DNA from: Octopus vulgaris
Lineage: Eukaryota
Assembly: GCA_951406725.2 (NCBI GenBank)
Contig: OX597830.1
Span: 72,478,001-72,542,000 of the forward strand
DNA length: 64,000 nucleotides
Direction: 5' to 3'
This document shows, in pieces, positions 26,414-39,102 of the stretch. The notes below the pieces were generated by a model. It saw only the letters and a program-made list of their open reading frames with translations. It ran no database searches and was not told where the DNA came from. Both the position numbers and the translations under genes were made by a program. Numbering within the stretch: the stretch's first letter is position 1; each line of letters starts with the position of its first letter.

Positions 26414-26562
26414 GTGTGTGTGTATGTATACATATGCATGTTTATAATTATAAATGTGGATGCAAAAATTCAAAAGAAAGCTAAATATAGGGAAGGACAA
26501 GGAAAAGGAAGAGACAGGAATAAAAAAGGAAGTAGTAGCAGCAGTAGTGGTGGCAGTGGTGT

Positions 26563-26595
<33 letters not shown>

Positions 26596-26619
26596 CAGCA
26601 GCAGTAGTAGTAGTACTAT

Positions 26620-26712
<93 letters not shown>

Positions 26713-26729
26713 CGGTAGTAGTAGTAGCG

Positions 26730-26761
<32 letters not shown>

Positions 26762-26847
26762 CAACGATGCTCTCTAATACTGGAATGGGTATCAGTACTA
26801 TAAATGCTGGGCATCTCGAGACAAAACTGGCAATAATCAACAATATT

Positions 26848-26923
<76 letters not shown>

Positions 26924-27602
26924 GCAGCAGCAGCAACGATAACAATAGCATTTAGCATCCTTTAACATCAATATTAGCAGCAATAACAGTATTCACAATA
27001 GCAACAACAACAACAACATGAACAATATATATACACGTAGTAGATATAATGTTGGGTGAGAAGCTATGTTTGTTTCCGTAGACAGGTTACAAAGAGTTTC
27101 CTTTCACGTCCTTAACGAGGGGATGGAGTGCGCACGTTGTATGTATAAGCTTTATAATGTGTGCGTATTTGTGTGTGCTTGTGTGTGGTGGAACGAATTT
27201 TGTAAACTAAGAAGGTTAAATGGTTTTATTTTATTATTATAATTTCTTTTTGTTATGCTTTTTGTTTCCCTTTTCAAATGAGCAAAACCTGCCATGTCCT
27301 TAGGGATCGGCGAAATGACAGACTCCGGGTAAATTTACGAGATAATAAACAAGTCATTTTTCAGAATACCAACCATGCTAAACGATTTCGGTCACTGACA
27401 AAGTAACTACTTCACCTCCGGCAGCAAACCGAACAAGATTAGTGTCCTACACGTGGAAATCTCTACGGTAGCACTCCATCTATAAGAAAAATAGTAGCCA
27501 AATTTCCCCTCATGTCGCAAACGCACGTGACTTTTGATTGAATCACATTTGCTCAATTTTTTTTTTGCCTTTCAGACCTTCAATACGGTTTCGTTCATAG
27601 CC

Positions 27603-27765
27603 GCAGGCGTGGCTGTGAGCTAAGAAGCTTGCTTACCTACCACATGATGCCAGGTTCAGTAACACTGCGTGTCACCTTTGGCAAGTGTTCTCTACTATAA
27701 CCTCGAGTCGACCAAAGCCTTGTGAGTGGATTTGGTAGACGGAAGCTGAAAGAAGCCCGTCGTGT
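27603..27765 (+). mobile_element. Family-A SINE, 5' half
   Basis: Head through GGATTTGGTAGACGGAAGCTGAAAGAAGCCCGTCG, ending at the internal microsatellite. Confidence 0.85.
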
Positions 27766-27783
27766 ACATATATAAATAAATAA

Positions 27784-27852
<69 letters not shown>

Positions 27853-27861
27853 TATAAATAT

Positions 27862-27909
<48 letters not shown>

Positions 27910-27986
27910 ATAAGGGTAGAAATTGATATTAATCAATTAAAACCTAGCATACTTTTAAAAAATCCGAAGATTAAAAATTTTTTTAC

Positions 27987-28058
27987 ATACAAAATTTAGA
28001 GGACTGACCACTAAAAGTATATAGGCTGTCCACTTTTAGTGGTCAGACCTCTAAATTT

Positions 28059-28063
<5 letters not shown>
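27987..28063. repeat. Near-perfect hairpin (32-bp arms, 1 mismatch, 13-nt loop) in an insert between (TA)n arrays
   Basis: atacaaaatttagaggactgaccactaaaagt / acttttagtggtcagacctctaaattttgtat. Confidence 0.9.
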
Positions 28064-28122
<59 letters not shown>

Positions 28123-28401
28123 CATACATACATACGTATGTATATACATATATGTATGTATGTGTATATATATAAATATATATATACATACATATGTATG
28201 TACATACATATGTGTATGTGTGTGTATGCATTTGAATTAGTGTGTGCGTAAGTACTTGGTGCTAGAGCACAACAAGAAACTCGGTATGGACCAAGTGATT
28301 GGCGCAGATCAACACACTATAAATGAGCATTATTTTTATTTCTTTTTTATCACAGGTCTTCTCGGAACTCCTGGAGTCATGCATTCTTCTTCTTCTTAAT
28401 A

Positions 28402-28471
<70 letters not shown>

Positions 28472-29009
28472 TATTATTGCTAATGTAAACAGACATTGAA
28501 AGAGAAGAATCGAAAGCAAAACAGGCACATACCCATGCTGCCATCCAGCCACAAACACCCACATCCGAGCTAGCAAATACACAAAAAACATGCACGGATA
28601 TATACGTACAGTTTTTCTAACAATGAAATGTTGACTTATGTAGGTACTATTGGTTGTTTATACAGTGAGATAACAAGACTGGTGTTTTATTCTAAATATA
28701 TTGCTTTGTCATTTGTTAAACGTCTGTTCTCGCAAATGTCTGCTATTTTTATTTATTTTTTTTTCATTCAATTTCTGTTTGCTGTTGTGTTTTTGCTGAT
28801 TTTATGGTATTATTTGTTTACCTGAATTTTATTTATTTATATTTTTATCTATTTATTGATTACATTGCTGTCGTACATACATACGTACATACATACATGA
28901 ATACACACATTCATGCATACATGAATAGAACTACATACAACTCCGTCTGTTTCGACGATGAGTATTTCAGTTATTCGTTTCAGTTGTTCAGTCCACTGAA
29001 TTGCTGATA

Positions 29010-29225
29010 TATTGGTTTCAAATTTTGGCATAAAGCCAGCAGGATTGGGGTGGGCATGAGTCGGTTACTTCGACCTCAGTATTCAACTGGTACTTACTTT
29101 TTCAACGCCGAAAGGATGAAAATCAAAGTCAACCACGGCGCAATTTGAACTCAAAACGTAAGAACTGATGATAAACCGATAAGCACTTTTCCCTGCGAGC
29201 TAACGATTCTGCTAGCTCACCGCAT
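29010..29225 (-). mobile_element. SINE family B
   Basis: aaaggatgaaa..caaagtcaacc..ggc..aatttgaactc..ctaacgattctgc. Confidence 0.8.
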
Positions 29226-29378
29226 TAAAAACAAAAAAAATGGTGATATATTCAATTATAGCGCAATCAGCCCTTTCAGTACACCGTCTATTTGCTTTCC
29301 CCATTGAAGTGTCACAGTGGATGCCATGATTTTTGTCAGCCATCGAAAGACAAACAGAAAGTGACTGAATTTTATACA

Positions 29379-29590
29379 GAGCTGGCAGAATCGTTAAGCA
29401 CGCCGGGCGAAATGCTTAGCATTATTTTGTCTGTCTTTACGTTCTGAGTTCAAATTCCGCCGAGGTCGACTTTGCGTTTCATCCTTTCGGGGTTGATAAA
29501 TTAAGAACCAGTTGCATATTATGGTCGCTCTAGTTGACTGGCCCCTCCCCCGAAATTCCGGGCGTTGTGTCTAGAGTAGAAAAGATTATT
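29379..29590 (+). mobile_element. SINE family B
   Basis: gagctggcagaatcgtta..gttctgagttcaaattccgccgaggtcgactttgc..tttcatcctttcgggg..ctagagtagaaaagat. Confidence 0.9.
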
Positions 29591-29711
29591 GCGTATTTTA
29601 TGACAAGGGGAATTATAAAATTTTAAATAAATTTACTTGAAATTGTATTTTTAAAATACTATTTACAATTTTTAAATATAGTTTATTATTTTAAAGATTA
29701 TTTTTCCATTT

Positions 29712-30040
29712 GGGCGCAGGCATGGTCGCCTTATTAAGAAAATCGCTTTGTAACCATGTCATCACGATTTTAGTCTCGTTACGCAGCATCTTAGGTATTT
29801 CGGGACGGCCAATACCTTATGAATGAATATAGTTGACGGGAATTGTGCATATTTGTGTGTTTGTGTTCGTGTTTATCCCCCATAGGATTTTGGTTTATAT
29901 CCCCGTAATGTAAAGCTGCGGTAGATGAGAACAATAGAATAACTACCATACTAAAATATAAGTTATGGAGTCGATTTCTTTGACAAAACCCTTTAAGTCG
30001 GTGCTCCAGTATGGTTGCATTTCAAAGAAACAAATAAAAG
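29712..30040 (+). mobile_element. Old family-A SINE
   Basis: ggcgcaggcatgg head and ggtgctccagtatgg tail block. Confidence 0.65.
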
Positions 30041-30219
30041 GTATTCATGTATATCACTCTGTGTCTGTCTGTTTGTCTCCCTTCCACTCTCTCTTTCTCT
30101 CTCTCTCACCCCATACATATATATATATTTATATTTATATATATATATATATTGGTAAAAACGGTAAGATAAGAAAAGAAAGAAAGAGACCTCAATATTA
30201 TGTAAATAGAGGAAATTCA

Positions 30220-30258
<39 letters not shown>

Positions 30259-30309
30259 AATATTAAATTTCTAAATATCTCATAGAGATATGTGCGGTGG
30301 TGGAGCGAT

Positions 30310-30555
30310 AGAGTGGTTGTATACTGTCAACTTAACGTGACAGTCCCGTAAAGGGAATTACACCACCACTATTTAGCCCTAGGAAGCATCGACGCTTCCT
30401 GTCGGCCTTGACACATTTCCTGTGTCTTTGTATATTTACGAAGGAGAGACAAACACCCCCAACAGCTAGGCCTGCGTCGATGCTTCCTAGGGCTAAATAT
30501 CGGTGGTGTAATTCCCTTTACGGGACTGTCACGTTAAGTTGACAGTATACAGCCA

Positions 30556-30559
<4 letters not shown>
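30310..30559. mobile_element. Foldback element with 86-bp inverted arms (3 mismatches) and a 78-nt spacer
   Basis: 30310-30395 is the reverse complement of 30474-30559; lies between (TA)n arrays. Confidence 0.85.
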
Positions 30560-30620
<61 letters not shown>

Positions 30621-30623
<3 letters not shown>

Positions 30624-30977
30624 TGGCAGGGCTTACTGCTAGGAGTCGGCCGTACGCTAGAAATAGACCATCAATGATCAAAACTACAAGGAAATTCTCT
30701 AGGGGAAAAATACAGCGAACACCAGAACCAACTTTGGCGGGCATGACAGATGAAAATTTATATAAAAAACAGAATTAAATACATACCTCGGTTTCAGCCT
30801 TAACAAGAGAATTACTTACGTAATTCAAATGTCCGTGCTTCTTCAGTGCATCCGTTCATTGTAATGTAAACGGTGAAACCAACCCCAGCTTTCGTGCCAG
30901 TACAGACACGTGTGTAGTTTCACCGTTTACACTAGTGATAAAATTTCAAATGTCCCTAGCAGTAAGCCCTGCCAATA
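30621..30977 (-). mobile_element. 357-bp hammerhead-bearing element with a perfect 23-bp terminal inverted repeat, in (TA)n
   Basis: tattggcagggcttactgctagg (30621-30643) / cctagcagtaagccctgccaata (30955-30977); internal 15-bp stem 30865-30879/30917-30931; HHR at 30779-30851. Confidence 0.85.
30779..30851 (-). ncRNA. Type I hammerhead ribozyme motif (best preserved in the window)
   Basis: Minus strand: ATGCA-CTGAAGA-AGC acg GACA ttt GAATTAC gtaa GTAATTC tct TGTT aag GCT-GAAA-CCGAGG-TA-TGTAT; GUA triplet, predicted cleavage between 30784 and 30783. Confidence 0.85.
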
Positions 30978-31075
30978 TACACATATATTAGAATTTTCTC
31001 TGACTTCTCAGATTTTTGTATGCTGGACTACTGGTCTTAAATTGATATTAAAATTAATATTAATTTATCTCCCTC

Positions 31076-31162
<87 letters not shown>

Positions 31163-31685
31163 GTATATGTATGTATATATATATATATATATATATGTAT
31201 ATGCACATGTATATGCATATATATATATGCGTGTGTATGTGTGTGTATGTATGTATGTATGTATGTATGTATGTATGTATGTATGTATGTATGTATGTAT
31301 GTACAGAACACTTACTATTCGCGATGTTCATGCGCAAACATCGAATATTTTGGAGTGATTGATCTAAAATTGTTTTAATACCGGCCAACCCATATTGATT
31401 TTGTTGCGTAGCAACACATCAGGGCTGATCTTGCAAATTTATCAATTAATCAAAGCGTTCTCACCGTGAACATCACGACATTATTTTTTTAAAGGAACAT
31501 ACCAAATGCTTTATTTCTTCTATTCAGCGACAGCAAACTGTGATTTGAAAGGATTTTAGCCAGACAAATTAGCAGAAGGGAAAACATTTCTCACCGTCTC
31601 ACAATAACCTTAATCTTGATCTGTGCCGTCTGCAAAGTACACACACACAAAAACTTACAATCACGCATAGAGTGGCAGTGATATA

Positions 31686-31745
<60 letters not shown>

Positions 31746-31888
31746 AGGTTTGGAGATGATGTACAGGTATTATATATTAGAAGAAATGAGGTAATCAGAA
31801 GATCGGATGGTTCATATTTATAGATATTTATTTATATATTACATTTTTTACATATATATATCATATCATTCAGATCATATCATTCGGA

Positions 31889-31930
31889 TTATTAGCGCTT
31901 TCTCCCATTCCAGTGGGGTTTTCAAATCAA
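31889..31930 (-). ncRNA. Hammerhead-like motif with U3-A8 core in a TA-flanked element (~31741-31930)
   Basis: Minus strand: gat-TTGAAAA-cCCCA ctggaa TGGGa-GAAA-GCGC-TA-at; palindromic stem III AGCGCT; stem I only 2 bp; the tail resembles the 3695-3790 insert. Confidence 0.45.
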
Positions 31931-32252
31931 ATATATATATATATATATATTACTTGTTCTTTATGTATTGGTTTATGTCTATCACTGTTTGAGTTGCATA
32001 ATAGTGGTTTTATCGCTAATTAATATTATATTTGTATATATATACATATATATAACAAACAAAGTTGCTAGTTCTAAGTAGTAGTAAGTAGTAATTGTAT
32101 TGAAATGTAATGGCTATTTCTCTATAGTTGTCGTTAACCAGCAGGAGGAGGTTTCTCCTGGGGTTATAAAGAGTTGTAACATTCTTCTATGCAGAACAAC
32201 CACATTGTGGTGGTAACGACCATTATTTTATATGTGTGTGTGTGGCTGTGTG

Positions 32253-32381
32253 GTAAGAAGCTTGCCTACCAACCAACTGGTTTTTTGTTTAGTCCCACTG
32301 GGCAAGTGTCTTTTACTATTGCTTCGGGTCAACCAAAGCCTTGTGGGTGGATTTGGTAGACGGAAAAAAGCCCGTCATATA

Positions 32382-32430
<49 letters not shown>

Positions 32431-32636
32431 ATGTGTGTGTGTGTTTGTGTGTCTGTGTTTGTCCCTCCATCATCGCTTGACAACTGATGCTGATGTATTT
32501 ATGTCCCCGTTTATGGCGGTTCGACAAAAGAGTCCGATAAAATAAGTACTAGGCTTACAAAGAATAAGTCCTGGTATCGATTTCTTCGACTAAAGGTGCT
32601 GCTCCAGTATGGCCGCAGTCCAATGACTGAAACGTG
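32253..32636 (+). mobile_element. tRNA-derived SINE, family A
   Basis: Matches 23643-24035 along its length. Confidence 0.88.
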
Positions 32637-32659
32637 TAGGAGTGGGTGAGTATGAGTTA

Positions 32660-33115
32660 TCTTTGGTTTCAGCCACTGAACTACGGCTATGTTGGGGCAA
32701 AGCTTTGAGGTGTTGCAATAGAATAAATCATTACTAGCATTTAATATTTTTAAAGTCCGGTGATTATTTTATCAGTCGCTTTTCTCGCATTGCTATGTAA
32801 TGTGGGGAAAACAAATCAATACCTATTATCAGGTGTTAGACTGATAGACGCAAGCAAAAATCGCTTACAAAGTGACACACATATATATATGCACATATAT
32901 ACCCAAACATACAAACACATATGCAGATAACATATCCACATACACACAGGTATACACAGATATGACAAATATTATACGACGGGTTTCCTTCAGTTTCCAT
33001 CCACCAAATCCCCTCACAAGGCTTTAATCGGCACGGAGCTATATAAAAATATTTGTCCAAAGTGCCAGAGTGGTACTGAACCCAGAACCATGTGGCTTGT
33101 TCGAAGCATCTTATG
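32660..33115 (-). mobile_element. Old family-A-like SINE
   Basis: acgacgggtttccttcagtttccatccaccaaatc..tcacaaggcttt..actgaacccagaaccatgtgg. Confidence 0.7.
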
Positions 33116-33371
33116 TAAATACCTGACGTCGCTGATATATATATTCCTACGCAATACCCACAGAGTGACGTCAAGATCCTGCCTGCATCCCTCTACCATG
33201 ATATGTGCACAACGTGGAGCTAGCGACGAGACAAAAGAAAAAAATTTTTCTAGGACTAATCCTACAGCATAAGGACTTATCTCGTCCGTATACACCTGAA
33301 CGTGTTATTGCTTTGATAGCACGAATAACTACGACATGGACTGACTAATGAAGGCCTAAATACAGAGAAAA

Positions 33372-33770
33372 TCTTTATATATAAAAGTGAGGTTGTGTGC
33401 TGTCTGTCTCCTACGATTTAGATTCCTAACTACACCCACATTTTGCGGTGCAGTTTAACCAAAGCCGGGTATCTTATAGTCGTGATTCATATCGAGCCCT
33501 TCTGGGTATTAGCGCGCGTCTACGATGAGTCTACGATTAAAAAACAAATTACCATCAATTTTTCCCATTTTTAATGCATGTTTGGCATATATAAGGGAAG
33601 TAACTCTCTAAAAATTTATTATTAAATCTCAGAACGTAAAAAGCTACTGTAACACCCCCCCCCACTTTGTGGTTAGCCATATTGAGATGGCTATTATTCT
33701 TTACATCTCTAAAAATGCTTATATAGTTATTTCCCTTACAAACCCGAGCAACGCCGGGCGATACTGCTAG
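33372..33770 (+). mobile_element. Non-autonomous Helitron
   Basis: A|TC 5' end (TCTTTATATATAAAA), subterminal hairpin CCCGAGCAACGCCGGG at 33743-33758, CTAG|T 3' end, no TSD. Confidence 0.88.
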
Positions 33771-34178
33771 TATTCTATATTTCTTTTACTTCACTCTGTT
33801 GTATCTCCGAACATTTGATCCGGCCACGAGCATACTCCATTCATTAACTATAAATAATATGAAAGTCAGCAGAACTATTATTCTGACATGGAATTCTCAA
33901 TACATGTATTCAGTGCGATTTGCTTTCGTTTTATCGCTCACATGCACATTCATATACATGTACAGATATGTTTGTGTATGTGCGTATAAGTATATATATA
34001 TATATATACATACATATGTGTGTATGAATGTATATGTGGCTCGATTTCAGTATATACGTATACATACGTCTAATTATTCTTAATGCCAGATGCTTTATTT
34101 TAACATATTCTTATTTCTAATAAGCATGTCTGTGGATGCATATAGGTATATGAGTGACTACATATATTTATGTCTGCG

Positions 34179-34232
<54 letters not shown>

Positions 34233-35634
34233 TGCCCTTACTTATTACAAGCATACATACACCAAGATCAATACATATAAATACATATGTATATTTAGTC
34301 TTGTTCCAAGATATTATTTTGTTTAACGTATGCATATTTGTGATAACTGTCCAGCACATATTCAAAAATGATCTCCAAGATAATCCTTAGTCATAAAGAA
34401 TTTTCGTTTTAAATTTACTTCTCTTGCAGTTTATATCTTTTCGTTTTCCATTTATACTTCCATGTTACAAAGAACAAAAGGAAAAACGAAGTAAAAAATA
34501 TTGGAACGAATAACCTTGACGTTAGTCTCCTTAATGTGACTTATTGAAGAATTTTGACACCGCTGATACCAATTCTTTATAGAGAAACATGAGTTAATAT
34601 TTATGATTGAGCGATTATCATATAAATGGTATGTATTTAACAGCAGACTGGCGTTATGAAAAAAAAAAAAAGAAATTTATTATAATACAAAACGAAAAAA
34701 ATTATAAAAATGAAAGGAAAATCGAGTGGGGGTGAGAGATAAATGATTTTTCGATTTTTGGCACCTGGCGGCAGAAGGCATCAACCGTTATGAAGACACC
34801 TGAGAACAAAGCAAAAAAATCAATGATTCTAAATGATATCTCTGGCACAGTGTTGTGTCAAATGTATTAAGACGACAGGCAACCCGGTCCGTCCAGTGAG
34901 CTTGCAAAACTGTCATATGCTAGAAACAACGAAACAGAGGTACAAAGGCGTTTTGGTACACCTTATTCGACATCATAAAAAATGTCACCAAAAATAAAAA
35001 AATATAATAAAAAAATATTTTAAAAAATGACCCCTTATTCGACATCAGGCATTTTAATAGTTTTTCATCCAGTCTCTCTCTCTCTCTCTCTCTCTCACGG
35101 TATGTCCTTCAATTTCACTCTGTACATGTGAGTGAGCATGTTTCTGTTAATATGTATAAAGAGAGTGAATGCGTTATGTCAGCACTGTAAGTTCATAAAT
35201 TGTAACCTCTCTCTCTCTCTCTCTCACACATACACTCCTTTTTCTCTGTCTCTCCCACGACTCCCACTTTCCTTCTCCCCTTACCTCTCCCTCTCTCACT
35301 CTTTCTATTTATATGTGAATATTCTGATTGCGCACACCTCCATGTGTATGCGTGGGTGTAATTGCCACCAGTGCCAAAAACTACTTTTTGGCACTGGGTG
35401 AATGTCTAAAATGAATATTATGTCTGCCGTTTGATTTTGCTAGACGGATGTTCTTGCTGTTCTTGGTGATCATATCCAGGTCAATTCCTGATCAGATCTG
35501 ATTAAACAGATCTATGGTCACTAGCATTGCTATGGTTTATTAATTAATTAATTAATTTATTTATTTATGTCTTTTCTCACATCTTCAGGTGAAAATCAGA
35601 AGAGTCATTTATCAATTTTATAACAATATAAATT

Positions 35635-35727
35635 TAGTGTTACGTAATTCTAAATACAGGAAGCTTAAAATATGTAGTGTTACGTAATCCTAAATACAGG
35701 AAACTTAAAATGAGTAGTGTCATGTAA
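35635..35727. repeat. 40-bp tandem duplication (about 2.3 units)
   Basis: tagtgttacgtaatYctaaatacaggaaRcttaaaat repeated. Confidence 0.9.
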
Positions 35728-35995
35728 GTCAACGCCGAATAAATAATGCCAAATAGACGGCGCCAAAGCTGCTACGCCAAAACGTCACCTATTCCCTCGT
35801 TGATTTCACCTTTGTTGTGGCAGGTGCTGTGGTGAATCGGGCACTAAATTATTTTCCGGGCCATCGCTGAAATAAATGATGACTCAATGCATTATACTAT
35901 TCAGACTGCATATATGACGATTACTTAGTGTAAGCATTCCAGTCAGTCTTTTAGCTATCACGCTTCTGGATTACCTTTCACCCAGCATTGCATAG

Positions 35996-36235
35996 TGAAG
36001 ATGCGTAGTCTAATGGTTAGGATATTTGTACTCACAGTAAGAAGGTTGTGGTTTCGATTCCCTGACCGGGTGTATTGCATTGCGTTCTTGAGTAAAAACA
36101 TTTCTTTTCACCTTACTACAATGCACTCAACTGTAAATGAATAACTCAGTGATGAACTGGAGTCTAGTCTCTATGCGGTGGGCAATGTTGAGCTTTCAGT
36201 CATCTTGGAAACAAGGAAGCCGGTCCTATGACTGG
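35996..36235 (+). mobile_element. Old SINE, family D
   Basis: Diverged match to the reverse complement of 47225-47475 (tRNA head, tcgattccctgaccggg, cactcaactgtaaatgaataac). Confidence 0.6.
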
Positions 36236-37260
36236 AGACAGGGGTGGGTGATGATGATGATGATGATGACGACAATGACGATGATGACGATGTCGATGAC
36301 GACGACAACGACGATAATGATGACAACGACGACGATGATGATGATGAACACTGCATACCGAGAAATATAATAATCAAACTTGTTCTTACTTCTGCTTTAA
36401 GACAACAAAGGAAATAGGATATTAATGAACATAGTCGGTTATTTCTAGCAAATCTACCCGCTCGGGAGGGTGCCTCGTTGACTCATTGATTGTATGTACA
36501 GCAAATAAAAAGAAACCGCATGAACGGTATTAAGCATCTGGCGTTTAATTACCCATCTTTAATGTTAGTGCATACTATTTGTCTTTCAAGTCCTTTTTCA
36601 GGGCATCGCGTTTTTGCTCGTATTTTTCAAAGTTAAAGCTGTCGTTCAGTACGTGTTGTTGAAATGGATGAATTATATGCAGTACCGTAGTGCATAATTA
36701 TATGGAAACTGTCTTGGTTATTTGAAATATGAATATACTTATGGTAATTGAACCAATGTTGTTGACATCATAATGACGCAATGCATATATACATGCATGC
36801 ATACATGCATGCATACATGCACACATACATACATACATACATACATACATACATACATACATACATACATGCGTAAATGCACACTCACTTACATACATAC
36901 ATTCAATAATAAAGAGAAAGAACATCCAGCTTTCATATCCCGATTACAAATTTACACTGATTCAAATATTAATTGGAACACTGGCTCTCTGGATAATCAA
37001 TCAACTGATTGGTATATTACAAATGCAATCTGTAAGCGGAACGGTAATACTATGTAAAACTTTTCTCAAGTTTAAAATGTGACATGGTTTTCACTATCTA
37101 TATTCCAGAGATGGATATTTGTATCTTTGTTAGAAACCAGATCCTTCTTCAGGGAACGATTATAAATGCTTCAATACAGAAGAGACATACTTATATACAT
37201 TCATACATACATAAATACACACACACACATAGTACAAATATGCATATATGCATGCATGCA

Positions 37261-37294
<34 letters not shown>

Positions 37295-37605
37295 CATAGA
37301 TGCATACAGACATGTATTATCTATACCCATATATATGCTTATATTAGCTTTTGTGAAGGTGTGAACTTACTCATTTGTTTGTGTGCGTATATATCGTTCA
37401 TACATATATATGTATGTGAGTGAAAAATCAGAGAACACACACACAGACACGCACACACACTCCGAAGCACATATATATTTATATAAATGAAGGGTAGGAC
37501 AGAAAAGCATAATAGACGATAGCACGACAACCGGCAAAGAGGACAAAAATAAGATACATAGATTATTCGCAGCCGATATCCTCATCAGTCGGAGTCGGGG
37601 AAGTT

Positions 37606-38030
<425 letters not shown>

Positions 38031-38039
38031 ATATATATA

Positions 38040-39056
38040 TCTTTATATATATAAAACTGAGAATGTGTGTCTCTCTGTGTTTTTCCCTAAAACTTCAGAA
38101 CTACACAACCAAATTCATTCAAATTTTACACATGCCTTACTTATGGTCCATGTAGTTTCATGGGCCAAAAAAATGTTCAACTTCTTGCCTAGAGCGAGCC
38201 CATAGCAATATCATATCTTCTCCACTATTTCAGTATTACGTGTTAAAAGTGAAACAAAACCATTTCTCTATTTTATGTCAGATACTTTCACTTTAACATT
38301 AAAAATAATAATAACAATTGAATTATATGTAGTAAGTAATAATTAAAATCAAACTAAAGTATAATATAATCGTAACATAACAAAAGTAAAAATAGCAATT
38401 GGTATAAAATTGCATCAATGACTTGAAATTGAATAAGTGGTTTCACATGAATGGGAATAAATTAAGAATATAATTAGCGTGCAGAAATAGAATAGTCCAG
38501 ATGGATAATAAAAAAGTAAATTAAAGAAAAGACTATTGCGTATAAAGTATACAATGTAGAGAAAAAAGGAGATTTGAACACATGGAGGAAAGCACCTTCA
38601 AAAAGTGTCTTGGTGCGACTATGAAAGATATCTAACTAGAGGCGGTAAATTCGCCACAATAGAAGCAAGGTTCGAGTCAACGAAGCGTGCAAGGGAGTAC
38701 TCGACTCGAACTGGCAAAGTGGAAATATTTTATTTTCACCTTTATATCTGTGACGTAGGACGTCCCGGAAAAAAATTTTAATGCCCCCCCCCCCCTAGAA
38801 GTAGAGGTAGACTGGATTGTAGCCACACTTCTATAGAAGAGGGTGGACAAGATACAATTGATCCAAATTACAAGAGACGGGCTAACAATTCCAGTCTTTT
38901 ATATATTTTGAGTATTGTTATCACTAGCGATATCAAGATATAATTTTGTATTTTGTATTTTATGTGTAGATGTATATATATAGATGTACATGTAATATGT
39001 ACACATATATACATGCACTAGCACTATGACCCGGCAACGACGGGTCTTTAATGCTA

Positions 39057-39057
<1 letters not shown>
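38040..39057 (+). mobile_element. Non-autonomous Helitron (about 1.0 kb)
   Basis: A|TCTTTATATATATAAAA start, hairpin GACCCGGCAACGACGGGTC at 39028-39046, CTAG|T end. Confidence 0.88.

Positions 39058-39100
<43 letters not shown>

Positions 39101-39102
<2 letters not shown>

Noticed and set aside
30325-30365. TAAC-GTGA-CAGTCCC motif as a twister ribozyme
   Set aside because: Lacks the complementary pseudoknot segments required for the twister fold.
34700-34799. Minus-strand exon following the acceptor at 34800
   Set aside because: Acceptor is good but the donor is weak and the peptide unrecognisable; insufficient support to list as a feature.
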